A stretch of 64,000 nucleotides of DNA from Acidimicrobiia bacterium (GTDB lineage Bacteria > Actinomycetota > Acidimicrobiia > Spongiisociales > SHLN01): assembly GCA_013002865.1 (NCBI GenBank), contig JABDLU010000202.1:1062-65061 (forward strand), read 5' to 3'. Made by a program: the position numbers and the translations under genes. Below the pieces are notes generated by a model, which was not told where the DNA came from, ran no database searches, and saw nothing but the letters and a program-made list of their open reading frames with translations. Numbering within the stretch: position 1 is the first letter of the stretch; each line of letters begins with the position of its first letter. Positions 8,234 through 18,480 of the stretch are shown piece after piece.

Positions 8234-11200
8234 ATGGCAGACGGCTTCACACGAGTTACCCCCCGGGTCGACTTCCCCGCGCTCGAGCGGCGCATTCTCG
8301 ACCTGTGGGACGACCTCGATGCATTCCAGACCTCGATCGACATCCGGCCTCCGGAACGCTCCTACACGTTCTATGACGGGCCGCCGTTCCCGACCGGGAG
8401 CCCGCATTACGGCAACCTGCTGGCCGGGGTCATAAAGGATGTCGTGCCTCGCTACTGGACGATGCAGGGATACCGCATCGAGCGCCGCTTCGGATGGGAT
8501 ACCCACGGGCTCCCCATTGAGATGGAGGTCGAAAAGGAGCTCGGGATCTCCGGCCCGCGCGCCATCGCCGACTTCGGCATCGACAAGTTCAATGAAGCGT
8601 GCCGGGCCCGCGTCCAGGCCAACACCGAGACGTGGGAGGAAATCACCCGCCGCATCGGACGCTGGATCGACTTCGAAAATGACTACCGCACCCTCGATGT
8701 CGAGTTCATGGAGAGCGTGTGGTGGGCGTTTCGGCAGCTGTGGGACAAGGGTCTCATCTACAAGGACTTCAAAGTGCTGCCGTACTCGTACGGCGCCACC
8801 ACCCCGCTGTCGAACTTCGAGGCCAACATGGACTACCGGGACGTCGACGACCCGTCGATCACGGTCCGGCTGCGGGTCACGACCGACAACGGCCCGGTCC
8901 GGGCCGGCGATTCCCTGCTGATCTGGACCACCACCCCGTGGACGCTGCCTGCCAACCTGGCCGTCGCCGCCGGGGAGGGCGTCGCCTACGCCCGGGTGAC
9001 CGACGATCTGGACGGAACGGCCGGCCCGTTTTGGCTGGCCGCCGATTTGGTCGGGGCCTACTGGCCGGACGCCCCGCCAAGTATTTCGGACACCGTGGCG
9101 GGATCGGAGCTGCTGGGAACCGAGTACGAGCCACCGTTCGACTATTTCGGCGAGGAGCGGGACCGGGGCGCCTTCCGGGTCATCGCGAGCCCCGAGGTGA
9201 CCACCACCGAGGGCACCGGGCTGGTCCACATGGCACCGGCCTACGGCGAGGCCGACTTCTATGCCCTCCAGAACGCCGGCCTCGATGTCCTGGTCGACCC
9301 GATCGACCTGGAGGCCCGCTTTACGGAGGCGGTGCCCGACGTCGCCGGCCAGAACGTGAAAGACGCCGACGCCACCCTGATCCGGCTCCTCAAAGAGAAG
9401 GGCGCCATCGTGCGCCATACCCAGGTGCGCCACTCCTACCCGTTCTGCTGGCGGACCGGCACCCCGCTCATCTACAAGGCCATCCCGACCTGGTTCGTCG
9501 CCGTCGAGTCGTTCCGGGATCGCATGGTGGAGCTGAACCAGACGATTCACTGGGTGCCGGAGGCCATCGGCACCCGCCGCTTCGGCAATTGGCTGGCCGA
9601 CGCCCGGGACTGGGCGATCAGCCGCAATCGGTACTGGGGGAGCTGCATCCCGGTCTGGGAGTGTGATCAGTGCGACGAGTCGGTGTGTGTCGGCTCGATC
9701 GAGGAGCTCAAAGAGCTCTCCGGTGTCGAGCTCACCGACCTTCACCGCCACTTCGTCGATCCTGTGACCTTCCCCTGCCGGGAATGCGACGGGACAATGC
9801 AACGCGTCCCCGAAGTCCTCGACTGCTGGTTCGAGTCGGGCTCGATGCCGTATTCAGAGAACCACTATCCGTTCGAAAATGCCGAGACCTTCGAGCGACG
9901 CTTTCCGGCCGACTTCATCGCCGAGGGCCTCGACCAGACCCGCGGCTGGTTCTACACGCTGGTCGTGCTGGCCACCGCCTTGTTCGACGAGGTCCCGTTC
10001 CGCAATGGGGTCGTGAACGGCCTCATCCTGGCCGAGGACGGCCGCAAGATGTCCAAGAGCCTCAAAAACTACCCGGACCCAAACGACATTTTCGAAACCG
10101 AAGGGGCCGACGCGTTGCGCGCCTATCTGCTCAACTCGCCGCTGCTCCGCGGTGAGCCGCTTCGCTTCTCCGAGTCTGGGGTCCGGGAGGTGGTACGGAC
10201 CGTCATGCTGCCGTACTGGAACGCATTCTCGTTCTTTACGACCTACGCCGAAGCCGACGCCATCACCCTCGACGATCTACACGCCGCCCCGGCACCGGCC
10301 GAGCGGGCCGAGATCGACCGGTGGATCCTCTCGATGCTCCAGAGCCTCATCCGGACCGTCAACGAGCAAATGGAGGGCTACTACCTCTACAACGTGATCC
10401 CGCCGATGATCGACTTCATCGACGACCTCACCAACTGGTACATCCGCCGGTCCCGCAGGCGGTTCTGGCGACAGCGCGACTCCGACGACGACACCGACAA
10501 GCTGGCGGCGTTCGCAACGCTGCACGAGGTGCTGGTCACATTCGGAAAGGTCATCGCCCCGGTGCTGCCTTTCGTCACCGAGGAGATCTACCAGCAGCTG
10601 GTGGTGGCCCACCGATCGGGAACCGGGCCGACCAGCATCCATCACGAGGACTACCCCGAGAGCCGGGCACGCCTGATCGACACCTCCCTCGAGGAGACCA
10701 TGGCGGCGGTGCGCAGCGCCGTCGGGCTGGGGCGGTCGCTCCGGGTGGCCAACAACCTGCGGATTCGCCAGCCGCTGCGGACCCTCACGGTGGTGTCCCG
10801 GGACCCGGGGATGCTGGCCGCCCTCGAATCGCACGCCGACCTCATCGCCGAGGAGTTGAACGTCAAGCAGGTGCTGTCGAGCTCGGACGAAACCTCGCTT
10901 GTCACGCTCCACGGCAAGGCAAACTTCAAGTCGCTCGGTCCGCGCTTCGGCAAGGACGTGAAGGCGGTGGCCGCCGAGATCGAAGACCTGTCATCCGATG
11001 ACCTGCACCGGCTGCTCGACGGCGCGTCTATCGAGTTGTCGCAGGGAGTGATCACCGCCGATGACGTTGTGGTGACCCGCCGGGCCCAGGAAGGGGTCGT
11101 GGTCGACGCCGAGGGGCCATTGTCGGTGGCGCTGGACTGCACGTTGACCCCGGACCTCATCTCTGAGGGAGTGGCCCGTGAGATAGTCAACCGGGTGCAG

Positions 11201-11422
11201 AACGAGCGCCGCGAGCAGGGACTGAACGTGACCGATCGGATCCGGTTGACCTGGCATAGCCCGAGCGAGGTTGTGGCACGGGCCTTTGCCGGTTTCGGCG
11301 ACTACATCGCCGGGGAGGTGCTGGCCGTCGGCCTCGAGCAGGCGGACACGCCGCAGTCGTCAGATGTCAGCATCGGAGACGACACGCTCACCGTGTCGCT
11401 TGCGGTAGCTGAGGCCGGTTAG
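8234..11422 (+). CDS. ileS: Isoleucyl-tRNA synthetase (type 2)
   Basis: Start MADGF after GAGGAG; YDGPPF, PHYGN, GWDTHGLP, WTTTPWT, GLDQTRGWF, KMSKS. Confidence 0.97.
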   Translation: MADGFTRVTPRVDFPALERRILDLWDDLDAFQTSIDIRPPERSYTFYDGPPFPTGSPHYGNLLAGVIKDVVPRYWTMQGYRIERRFGWDTHGLPIEMEVEKELGISGPRAIADFGIDKFNEACRARVQANTETWEEITRRIGRWIDFENDYRTLDVEFMESVWWAFRQLWDKGLIYKDFKVLPYSYGATTPLSNFEANMDYRDVDDPSITVRLRVTTDNGPVRAGDSLLIWTTTPWTLPANLAVAAGEGVAYARVTDDLDGTAGPFWLAADLVGAYWPDAPPSISDTVAGSELLGTEYEPPFDYFGEERDRGAFRVIASPEVTTTEGTGLVHMAPAYGEADFYALQNAGLDVLVDPIDLEARFTEAVPDVAGQNVKDADATLIRLLKEKGAIVRHTQVRHSYPFCWRTGTPLIYKAIPTWFVAVESFRDRMVELNQTIHWVPEAIGTRRFGNWLADARDWAISRNRYWGSCIPVWECDQCDESVCVGSIEELKELSGVELTDLHRHFVDPVTFPCRECDGTMQRVPEVLDCWFESGSMPYSENHYPFENAETFERRFPADFIAEGLDQTRGWFYTLVVLATALFDEVPFRNGVVNGLILAEDGRKMSKSLKNYPDPNDIFETEGADALRAYLLNSPLLRGEPLRFSESGVREVVRTVMLPYWNAFSFFTTYAEADAITLDDLHAAPAPAERAEIDRWILSMLQSLIRTVNEQMEGYYLYNVIPPMIDFIDDLTNWYIRRSRRRFWRQRDSDDDTDKLAAFATLHEVLVTFGKVIAPVLPFVTEEIYQQLVVAHRSGTGPTSIHHEDYPESRARLIDTSLEETMAAVRSAVGLGRSLRVANNLRIRQPLRTLTVVSRDPGMLAALESHADLIAEELNVKQVLSSSDETSLVTLHGKANFKSLGPRFGKDVKAVAAEIEDLSSDDLHRLLDGASIELSQGVITADDVVVTRRAQEGVVVDAEGPLSVALDCTLTPDLISEGVAREIVNRVQNERREQGLNVTDRIRLTWHSPSEVVARAFAGFGDYIAGEVLAVGLEQADTPQSSDVSIGDDTLTVSLAVAEAG

Positions 11423-12225
11423 GCCCGCTCCCAGGGACGCTGTCCCCGCGGTTGCTGAAGGTAGGCGGCCTCGCGCGCCTCATCGGCACCGTCCTCGATG
11501 ACCGTGTTGTCATCGACGGCGTCCTCGACAACGTCGGCCACCCCGGCGGTGGCTTCGGCCCCGGCGGTGACTTCGGCGGCTTCCGGCTCAGCCTCCGCCT
11601 CGTCGGTCGCGACTGCGTCGGCTGCTTGAGCTGCTTGAGCAGCTTCGGCGGCAGCGGCAGCTTCTGCTTCATCGGCTTCGACGGCGTCATCGGTGGCCGC
11701 CGCCTGCTCCAGGATCTCCGAGATGGAGTGGGTCTCGAGGTCGATGGAGGCACCGAGCCCTTCGAGCTCGGCGGAGGCATTCTCGGCGAATGCCTTCAAG
11801 CGGGTCTGTAAATCGGACACGGCCGAGCGGAGCTGGGTGACCCGCCGGCGGAGTGCCTCGTGCTCGGTGGCGGATTCCTCCCGGGTGCGCGTGGCCTCCG
11901 ATCGGGCTTCGGCCACCATTGACTCCGCCTGGCCCTTGGCCTTGTCGAGAATGGCGTTGGCCTTCTCCTGGGCTTCGCCGACCATCTCCTGAGAGGTGCG
12001 CTGGGCGGTGATGTAGGTCCGCTTGATGGCCTCTTCGGCCTCTTTGGTACCGGCCAGATCCTGCTGGATGGTGTCGAGCTGTTCCTGCTGCTGGCGCAGC
12101 TTGAGCTCTTGACCACGCAGCGTCTCGACCACGCGATCGAGGAAGTCTTCTACGTCGTCGGGGTCGTACCCGCGGAATCGTTCGCGGAACGTTTTTTGCT
12201 GTACATCAACTGCGCTCAAATCCAT
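11419..12225 (-). CDS. divIVA: DivIVA-domain protein
   Basis: MDLSAVDVQQKTFRERFRGYDPDDVEDFLD, coiled coil, acidic Ala-rich tail; lies at the end of the dcw cluster. Confidence 0.9.
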   Translation of the reverse strand: MDLSAVDVQQKTFRERFRGYDPDDVEDFLDRVVETLRGQELKLRQQQEQLDTIQQDLAGTKEAEEAIKRTYITAQRTSQEMVGEAQEKANAILDKAKGQAESMVAEARSEATRTREESATEHEALRRRVTQLRSAVSDLQTRLKAFAENASAELEGLGASIDLETHSISEILEQAAATDDAVEADEAEAAAAAEAAQAAQAADAVATDEAEAEPEAAEVTAGAEATAGVADVVEDAVDDNTVIEDGADEAREAAYLQQPRGQRPWERA

Positions 12226-12274
12226 GTCGACAGCATAGCTTTGGATCGCGCCATTGTTCTCAGGCGGCTTGCTC

Positions 12275-12535
12275 TCAGGCGGCCCGCAATACCCCGTACA
12301 GGATCTGGAGGGCAACCAGCAGCACGATCACCGAGACGTCCAGAGCAACCGCCCCGAGGCGAACCGGGGGAATCAAGCGCCGCAACGGCATCAACATGGG
12401 GTCGGTGACAGAGGCAAGCGCGGTGCGCAGCCGCCCGACCGGATGGCCCGCCGGAACCTGAACCCAGTCCAGGATGATCCGCACAATGAGCGCGAAGATC
12501 GCCGCGAGAACGATGTTGGCGAGGATTCCGGTCAT
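12275..12535 (-). CDS. yggT: YggT family membrane protein
   Basis: VTDPMLMPLRRLIPPVRLGAVALDVS motif; synteny. Confidence 0.9.
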   Translation of the reverse strand: MTGILANIVLAAIFALIVRIILDWVQVPAGHPVGRLRTALASVTDPMLMPLRRLIPPVRLGAVALDVSVIVLLVALQILYGVLRAA

Positions 12536-12547
12536 AGGCGGCGCCGG

Positions 12548-13069
12548 TTAGGCGTCCAGCTCGTACAGGCCGAGCTCGTGGAGACGCTGCACTTCATCAT
12601 CACCGAGGGTGGTCCGGGCCGGTGCGACGAGGATCACTCCCTGGGCGACCTTTTGCATCGTGCCCTCGAGGGCATAGGTGATGCCGCTGGCGAAATCTAC
12701 GAGCCGCCGCACGGTGTCTGGCTCGGTGTCACGCAGGTCGAGCACGACCGCCCGCCGCACCCGCAGGTGATCGGCGAGAAGCTGGGCGTCGGCAAAATCA
12801 TGGGCTACCACGATCTCGGCCTGGGCGTCACGGCCGGGTACCTGACGGACCGCCGTGGCCGACGCGGGGACCGTCACGGACTCCATGCGCGCTTCGGTGT
12901 TGGCGGGACGCCAGCCGCGGCCGGAGGGCGGCTCGACTCGCCGCCCGCGCGGGGCGCCGCCGGTGACCTCGGCCGGTTGTGCCATCGGCGCCGGCTGCCG
13001 CTCATCCAACTCCCTCGACTCTTCGTCGAGCCCGAGAAAATACATTGCCTTGTTCCAGATGGAGCTCAT
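12548..13069 (-). CDS. sepF: Cell division protein SepF
   Basis: N-terminal amphipathic KAMYFLGL; RRLVDFASG. Confidence 0.92.
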   Translation of the reverse strand: MSSIWNKAMYFLGLDEESRELDERQPAPMAQPAEVTGGAPRGRRVEPPSGRGWRPANTEARMESVTVPASATAVRQVPGRDAQAEIVVAHDFADAQLLADHLRVRRAVVLDLRDTEPDTVRRLVDFASGITYALEGTMQKVAQGVILVAPARTTLGDDEVQRLHELGLYELDA

Positions 13070-13084
13070 CGCACCAACCTCCCG

Positions 13085-13717
13085 TTAGTCAAAGATAGCC
13101 CGTCCCACGCGAATCGTGGTCGCGCCCGCCCGTATTGCTTGCTCAAAATCGTCGGTCATTCCGGCCGAAACCACCGTCATGGTGGGGTGCACCTCAGCCA
13201 GCGCATCGCGCAGCTCGACCAGCGCTTCGAAGTACGGCAGCGCCGGCTCCCCCTGCGGGGGAATCGCCATGACACCGTGAAGGTCCACGCCCAGCTCGAT
13301 CACATCGGTGGCGGCCGCCGCCGCCTCGGCCGGAGCGAAGCCGTGTTTTTGTGGTTCGCCGGCCAGGTTGACCTCGAGGAGCGCCGGCGGGGCGTCCCCG
13401 TCGCGCGCCCAGGCCGCGGCCAGGCGGCGCCGATCGAGCGAATGCAGCATCACCACGAGCGGCCGGACCGTCGATACCTTGTTGCGCTGCAACGGGCCGA
13501 CGAAGTGCCACCGGATGTCGCCGGGTAGCTCCGGCGCCTTGGCGGCCAATTCCTGGGCGCGATTTTCGCCAAAATCCCGCTGGCCGGCTTCGTACAGCGC
13601 CTGGATCGCCGACGGAGACCGGCCCTTGCTGACCACTACGAGTGTGATGTCGCCCGGGCTGCGCCCGGCGGCGGCACAAGCCGCCTCGATGCGAGCACGA
13701 ACGCCGGCCAGGCTCAT
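13085..13717 (-). CDS. yggS: YggS family PLP homeostasis protein
   Basis: VVVSK, FGENRAQE, WHFVGPLQRNK, SAGMTDDF, RVGRAIF. Confidence 0.95.
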   Translation of the reverse strand: MSLAGVRARIEAACAAAGRSPGDITLVVVSKGRSPSAIQALYEAGQRDFGENRAQELAAKAPELPGDIRWHFVGPLQRNKVSTVRPLVVMLHSLDRRRLAAAWARDGDAPPALLEVNLAGEPQKHGFAPAEAAAAATDVIELGVDLHGVMAIPPQGEPALPYFEALVELRDALAEVHPTMTVVSAGMTDDFEQAIRAGATTIRVGRAIFD

Positions 13718-14331
13718 AGCCAGCCAACCGATGTCTGTCGGGCTGCCGTGCCGGTGGCGCGGAAGCTATGGAACCCGGTTTCACAGTAGGTGCACAGGTC
13801 GGCCCGCCACACCTCGAGGCCTTCGAGTTGTGCGGCCGCCTCCGACCACAGGTCGACGCTCGGCGTGCCCTGGCGGGTCTGAACCGCCCGACCATCGAAC
13901 GCGGCGATGACCTCGTCACCCACCTCGTAACAGCACGGCCCGATCGAGGGACCGATGGCCGCCCGCTCCGGATCCTGTCCGGTGCGGCGCATGACGTCGA
14001 TGGCCGCTGCCACGACGCCGGCCGCCAATCCCCGCCAGCCGGCGTGCACCACCCCAACGGCCCGGGGCGCATGGAGCACAACGGGTACGCAGTCGGCGGT
14101 GCGCACGGCCAGCGGAAGGCCGGCGAGGCCGGTGACCAGGCCGTCGGACGCCTCGGTGGTACCGGGCTCGGTGACCAGCACCACGTTGGTGCCGTGCACC
14201 TGACTCATCCAGGCCCAGTCATCCGATATGCCAAGCTCCCCGGCAACCCCGGCCCGGATCGCCGGATCCGCCAGATCGCCGTCGGCGCTGGTGCCAAAAG
14301 CCGCTCCGGCGTAGGCCGGTGTGGTGATCAC
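13714..14331 (-). CDS. pgeF: PgeF/YfiH family (laccase-domain) protein
   Basis: [28 protein letters not shown]. Confidence 0.93.
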   Translation of the reverse strand: MITTPAYAGAAFGTSADGDLADPAIRAGVAGELGISDDWAWMSQVHGTNVVLVTEPGTTEASDGLVTGLAGLPLAVRTADCVPVVLHAPRAVGVVHAGWRGLAAGVVAAAIDVMRRTGQDPERAAIGPSIGPCCYEVGDEVIAAFDGRAVQTRQGTPSVDLWSEAAAQLEGLEVWRADLCTYCETGFHSFRATGTAARQTSVGWL

Positions 14332-15365
14332 CCCTTGACGAATGAAGGGATGAGATCGTCGTCTCCGGCCGGCACCGAAGCCGACATCGGCGACGAGTAG
14401 CCGCGGCGACCGGTGTCGAATCCGGCGGCGACGACGGTCACCCGCATCTCATCGCCGAGTGAGTCGTCGACGACGGCTCCGAAGATGACGTTGGCGTCGG
14501 CAGCACAGCGAGTGGCGATTACTTCGGCCGCCGTGTTGACCTCGTAGAGCGTCATATCGGCCGGCCCGGCGATGGACAACAGGACACCGGTGGCGCCGTC
14601 CATCGACGTCTCGAGCAGCGGGCTCTCGACGGCCCGCAGGGCAGCCTTGTCGGCGCGGCCCTCCCCGGCCGATGCGCCGATGCCCATGACGGCCGAACCG
14701 GCATCCTGCATGACCGATTTCACATCGGCGAAGTCGACGTTGATCAGGCCGGGTGTGGTGATCAGCTCGGTGATTCCCGACACGCCTTGCAGCAGCACGT
14801 CATCGGCCAGCTTGAAGGCATCGAGCACGCTGGTCTTGTCATCGGAGACTTCGATCAGGCGCTCGTTGGGAATGATGATGAGGGTGTCGACCGCTTCCTT
14901 GAGCTCCTGGATGCCCTGCTCGGCCTGCACGGACCGGCGCCGGCCCTCGAAGCCGAACGGCCGGGTGACGACACCGACGGTCAGCGCGCCGAGGTTGCGG
15001 GCGATCTCGGCGACGACCGGCGCGCCGCCGGTGCCGGTCCCGCCGCCTTCGCCGGCCGTGAGGAACACCATGTCGGCACCCTTGAGGGCGTCCTCGATCT
15101 CTTCGGTGTGGGCCTCGGCCGAGGCCCGGCCGATCTCCGGGTTGGCCCCGGCACCGAGCCCGCGGGTGATCTCCCGGCCGATGTCGAGCTTGATGTCGGC
15201 GTCGCTCATGAGCAGCGCCTGGGCGTCGGTGTTGACGGCGATGAACTCGACGCCCCGGAGGCCTGAGTCGATCATGCGATTGATGGCGTTTACGCCGCCC
15301 CCGCCGATGCCGACCACCTTGATGACCGCCAGGTAATTGTGTGGACTCGATTGTTTGCTCGTCAT
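14328..15365 (-). CDS. ftsZ: Cell division protein FtsZ
   Basis: GGGTGTG tubulin signature, INVDFAD, C-terminal DLIPSFV. Confidence 0.99.
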   Translation of the reverse strand: MTSKQSSPHNYLAVIKVVGIGGGGVNAINRMIDSGLRGVEFIAVNTDAQALLMSDADIKLDIGREITRGLGAGANPEIGRASAEAHTEEIEDALKGADMVFLTAGEGGGTGTGGAPVVAEIARNLGALTVGVVTRPFGFEGRRRSVQAEQGIQELKEAVDTLIIIPNERLIEVSDDKTSVLDAFKLADDVLLQGVSGITELITTPGLINVDFADVKSVMQDAGSAVMGIGASAGEGRADKAALRAVESPLLETSMDGATGVLLSIAGPADMTLYEVNTAAEVIATRCAADANVIFGAVVDDSLGDEMRVTVVAAGFDTGRRGYSSPMSASVPAGDDDLIPSFVKG

Positions 15366-15426
15366 GGATCCTCCGCGTGTGTGCCCGTCGCACTCTACCG
15401 GCCCCCTCGATGGCGGTAAAGCGGTT

Positions 15427-15451
15427 CTTCCTCGACCTTTACTTCAGGGTT
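15427..15451 (-). promoter_or_regulatory. FtsR-like operator upstream of ftsZ
   Basis: Minus strand AACCCTGAAGTAAAGGTCGAGGAAG, an imperfect dyad in the ftsQ-ftsZ gap resembling the Corynebacterium FtsR site as I recall it. Confidence 0.6.
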
Positions 15452-16226
15452 AGGCCTGAGGGGAAACCGGGGCGGGAGCCGGTTTTACGGCCGGGCGGGA
15501 CGGGGCGATGAGGTCGATGAGCCGCCCCTCACCCAGGCGGGGATCCTCCAGTACGGCGACGAGGGCAGCCGCCTTGGCCGCCATGTTGCTCGGGTCGCCG
15601 AGGCGAACCCGATGACCATTGATGTACGCCACCAGTTCCTCGCCTGCCATGCCGACAGAGAGCGGCCCGCGCAGGTCGACCGGGATGGCGGCGGCGAACT
15701 CGACCACGCCGGCCAGGCGGTCGGTCACCTGCTCGCCGATCGATCCGGCCACGGCGACGTCTCGACTCACCGTGGCCAGCTGGTCGGGGGCGGCGGCCAC
15801 GGCCTGCATGATGCGGCCGTCGTCGGAGACCGTCCGCCACCCGTCCGCCCCGGGGACGGCAATCACTTCCTGGCGCTCGATGAGCCGGACCTCGATCTGG
15901 TCAGGGAACCGGCGGTGCACAGAGGCGTCCTTCACCCACGGGTCGGCGGCCAGGGCGTCGGCCACGCTGCCCGATCGGATGAGAACGAGCGGACGACCCT
16001 CATACACGCGGTTGGCTTCGAGGATCTCCGAAACGGCGGCGTGGCGCGCCCCGACAACTTCGATGGAGGCCACCGAAAACAATGGGGACTGCGCCACCCA
16101 CGCCAGCGCCCAGCCGGCCGCCACGATGGTGAGTACCCACAGCGCCCGGCGGAGGTGGCGTCGCGCCCGGTGCTCGCGCACGGTGGCGCGACGGCGGAGG
16201 AAGCGGGGGTGGGCTCGTACGCTCAT
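15450..16226 (-). CDS. ftsQ: Cell division protein FtsQ/DivIB
   Basis: Start MSVRAHP; basic N-terminus, one TM helix, POTRA-like PWVKDASVHRRFPDQIEVRLIER; synteny. Confidence 0.88.
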   Translation of the reverse strand: MSVRAHPRFLRRRATVREHRARRHLRRALWVLTIVAAGWALAWVAQSPLFSVASIEVVGARHAAVSEILEANRVYEGRPLVLIRSGSVADALAADPWVKDASVHRRFPDQIEVRLIERQEVIAVPGADGWRTVSDDGRIMQAVAAAPDQLATVSRDVAVAGSIGEQVTDRLAGVVEFAAAIPVDLRGPLSVGMAGEELVAYINGHRVRLGDPSNMAAKAAALVAVLEDPRLGEGRLIDLIAPSRPAVKPAPAPVSPQA

Positions 16227-17131
16227 GTGAATGGGCCGGCGAACTGTACTTCCGGGACGAGGTCGACTCCGGTCTTTGCCAGGACCTGGGCCCGGACTGC
16301 GGCGACGAGGTCGTGGACATCCTGGGCGGTAGCCGACGGGGCCGCCTCGAAGAAGTTGGCGTGCTTGGTCGAGACGGCCGCCCCACCCACGGAGAACCCC
16401 TTGAGGCCGAGCTCGTCGATGAGCCGGCCGGCGGCGTCGCCGGGAGGGTTGCGAAACACGCTCCCGGCGTTGAGGGTGCCGCCGGGCTGATGAACCCGCC
16501 GCCACCGGGTGATCTCGCGCAGATGCTGCTGGCCTGCCCCGACCTCGATCGGATGGGTTTGGAACACGGCAGTGACGACGAGATCCGTGGACGTGAGCGA
16601 GCTCGACCTGTACTGGAAGCTGAGATCGCCCGGGGCCAGGTCCCGGAAACGGCCAGACGCCAGATCGAATACGCGAACCGACCGCACGCAGTCGGCAGTC
16701 TCGCTGCCGTGGCCGCCGGCGTTGGTGCGGATGGCGCCGCCGACCGACCCGGGAATCCCCACGTAGAACTCGAGCCCTCCCCTGCCGCGATTGACCGACT
16801 CGCGAGCGAGCCGGGGCAGCGGCACGGCGGCCCCGGCGGTGATGTCATGGTCCGGGGCGGGCCCGAGACCCAGCCCGGCAAAGGCATTCCCGAAGCGAAT
16901 TGCCAGGCCGGGCCAGCCGGCATCGGCGATCACGAGATTCGACCCCCGGCCGATCACGAGAACCGGTTGGGGATCTTCTGCCAGCGCGGCGGCAACGTCG
17001 ATGAGGTCCTGCTCGGCCGCGATCTCGATGAAGTACCGGGCCGGTCCCCCCAGCTTGTACGTGGTGAGCGCACCCAGCCTGACCGATTCAGCCACCCGGC
17101 CGGCGGCTACGAGCTCGCCGAAGCCGCTCAC
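16223..17131 (-). CDS. murB: UDP-N-acetylmuramate dehydrogenase
   Basis: TTYKLGGPA, GRGSNLV, GIPGSVGGA, NAGSVFRNP, STKHANF. Confidence 0.95.
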   Translation of the reverse strand: MSGFGELVAAGRVAESVRLGALTTYKLGGPARYFIEIAAEQDLIDVAAALAEDPQPVLVIGRGSNLVIADAGWPGLAIRFGNAFAGLGLGPAPDHDITAGAAVPLPRLARESVNRGRGGLEFYVGIPGSVGGAIRTNAGGHGSETADCVRSVRVFDLASGRFRDLAPGDLSFQYRSSSLTSTDLVVTAVFQTHPIEVGAGQQHLREITRWRRVHQPGGTLNAGSVFRNPPGDAAGRLIDELGLKGFSVGGAAVSTKHANFFEAAPSATAQDVHDLVAAVRAQVLAKTGVDLVPEVQFAGPFT

Positions 17132-18480
17132 GGCATCCCCAGCGCCGTCAACTCGGTGGCAAGACCGGTGATGTCTCCCGCCCCGAGCGTGAGCAGCAGA
17201 TCCCCGCTTTCCAGCTCGGCGGCGACCGCGGCGGCGAGCTCGGAGCGCCGGGCCACATAGCGGGTGGTGGCACCGCCGGCTTCGGCAGCGCCTGCCACCA
17301 GCGAGCCGGTGACCCCGGGAATGGGCCCCTCGCCTGCCGCGTATACATCGGTGACCATGACGAGGTCGGCTGCGGCGAGCGACCGGCCGAGCGGCTCCCA
17401 CAGCTCCTCGGTCCTGCTGTAGCGGTGCGGCTGGAAGGCGGCCACGATGCGGCCGTCATGCAGGGCGCGGGCGGCGGCGATGGTGGCGGCGATCTCGGTC
17501 GGATGGTGGGCATAGTCGTCGACGACGAGGACGCCCCCGATCCGTCCCCGGGTCTCAAAGCGACGCCGGACCCCGGCGTAGGCGGCAAGGCCGGTGGCGA
17601 CTTCCGTGATGTCGAACCCCAACTCACCGAGGAGCGCGATCACCCCTGCCCCGTTCAATGCGATATGACGGCCCGGGCGCGGAATCGATACCGCGACCGC
17701 TTCGCCGTGGCCGGCAACCCGGAAGTGGACGGCCCCACCGGCGGACTCGACCTCGCTCACCTGCCAGGCGGCGCCGGGGGCGGTGCCGTAGGTGATGGCA
17801 CCACTCGATTCGGCCAGCCGCCGGGCGCCGGGATCGTCAGCACAGGCCACCACCGGCCCCCGGGTGGCCTGAGCGACGCGCAGAAACGCTTCCTCGAGCT
17901 CCTCCAGCGTGCCGTAGTGGTCGAGATGGTCGGCCTCGATGTTGGTCACCAGCAAGCCGCGCAGGTGCAGGTGCTGGAATGTGCCAAAGGCTTCGTCGGC
18001 TTCGAGTGCAAAGACATCCGGTTCCCCGAGATGGGCACCGGTCCCGAGGCCGAGCAGCCGCCCGCCGACCAGGAAGCTCGGATCGCGTCCGACGGCCCGC
18101 AGGCCGGTCACCGCCAGCCCGGTGCTGGTGGTCTTCCCGTGCGTGCCCGAGAATCCAATGGCCGGCATGTCACGGGTGATGGCGGCCAGCAACCGGGGTC
18201 GCTCCCACACCGGGATGTCCCGGTCGCGGGCGGCCCGCAGCTCGGGATCGGAATCGGGAATGGCCGATGAGGCAACGACCAGCTGTGCCCCGGCGATCGC
18301 CTCGGGCCGGTGGCCGTCCCACACCTCGACACCGAGGTCGCGCAGTTCGCCGAAGCTGGGGTTGGGCCGCAGGTCCGAACCGGTCACGATGCGCCCCGCC
18401 TGGGCAAGCAGCTTGGCGAGCCCGCTCATCCCGGCCCCGCCGACGCCGACGATGTGCACGCGGGCCGGGATGCTACGCAC
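17128..18480 (-). CDS. murC: UDP-N-acetylmuramate--L-alanine ligase
   Basis: HIVGVGGAGMSG, GTHGKTTS, EADE, DHLDHY, DDYAHHPTE. Confidence 0.96.
   Translation of the reverse strand: MRSIPARVHIVGVGGAGMSGLAKLLAQAGRIVTGSDLRPNPSFGELRDLGVEVWDGHRPEAIAGAQLVVASSAIPDSDPELRAARDRDIPVWERPRLLAAITRDMPAIGFSGTHGKTTSTGLAVTGLRAVGRDPSFLVGGRLLGLGTGAHLGEPDVFALEADEAFGTFQHLHLRGLLVTNIEADHLDHYGTLEELEEAFLRVAQATRGPVVACADDPGARRLAESSGAITYGTAPGAAWQVSEVESAGGAVHFRVAGHGEAVAVSIPRPGRHIALNGAGVIALLGELGFDITEVATGLAAYAGVRRRFETRGRIGGVLVVDDYAHHPTEIAATIAAARALHDGRIVAAFQPHRYSRTEELWEPLGRSLAAADLVMVTDVYAAGEGPIPGVTGSLVAGAAEAGGATTRYVARRSELAAAVAAELESGDLLLTLGAGDITGLATELTALGMP

Noticed and set aside
11560..11700. GCT/GCA-rich short repeats in divIVA
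   Set aside because: They encode the Ala/Glu low-complexity tail.
12254..12283. 15-bp near-tandem duplication TTG(T/C)TCTCAGGCGGC at the yggT stop
   Set aside because: Only two copies with no associated element; probably a small local duplication.
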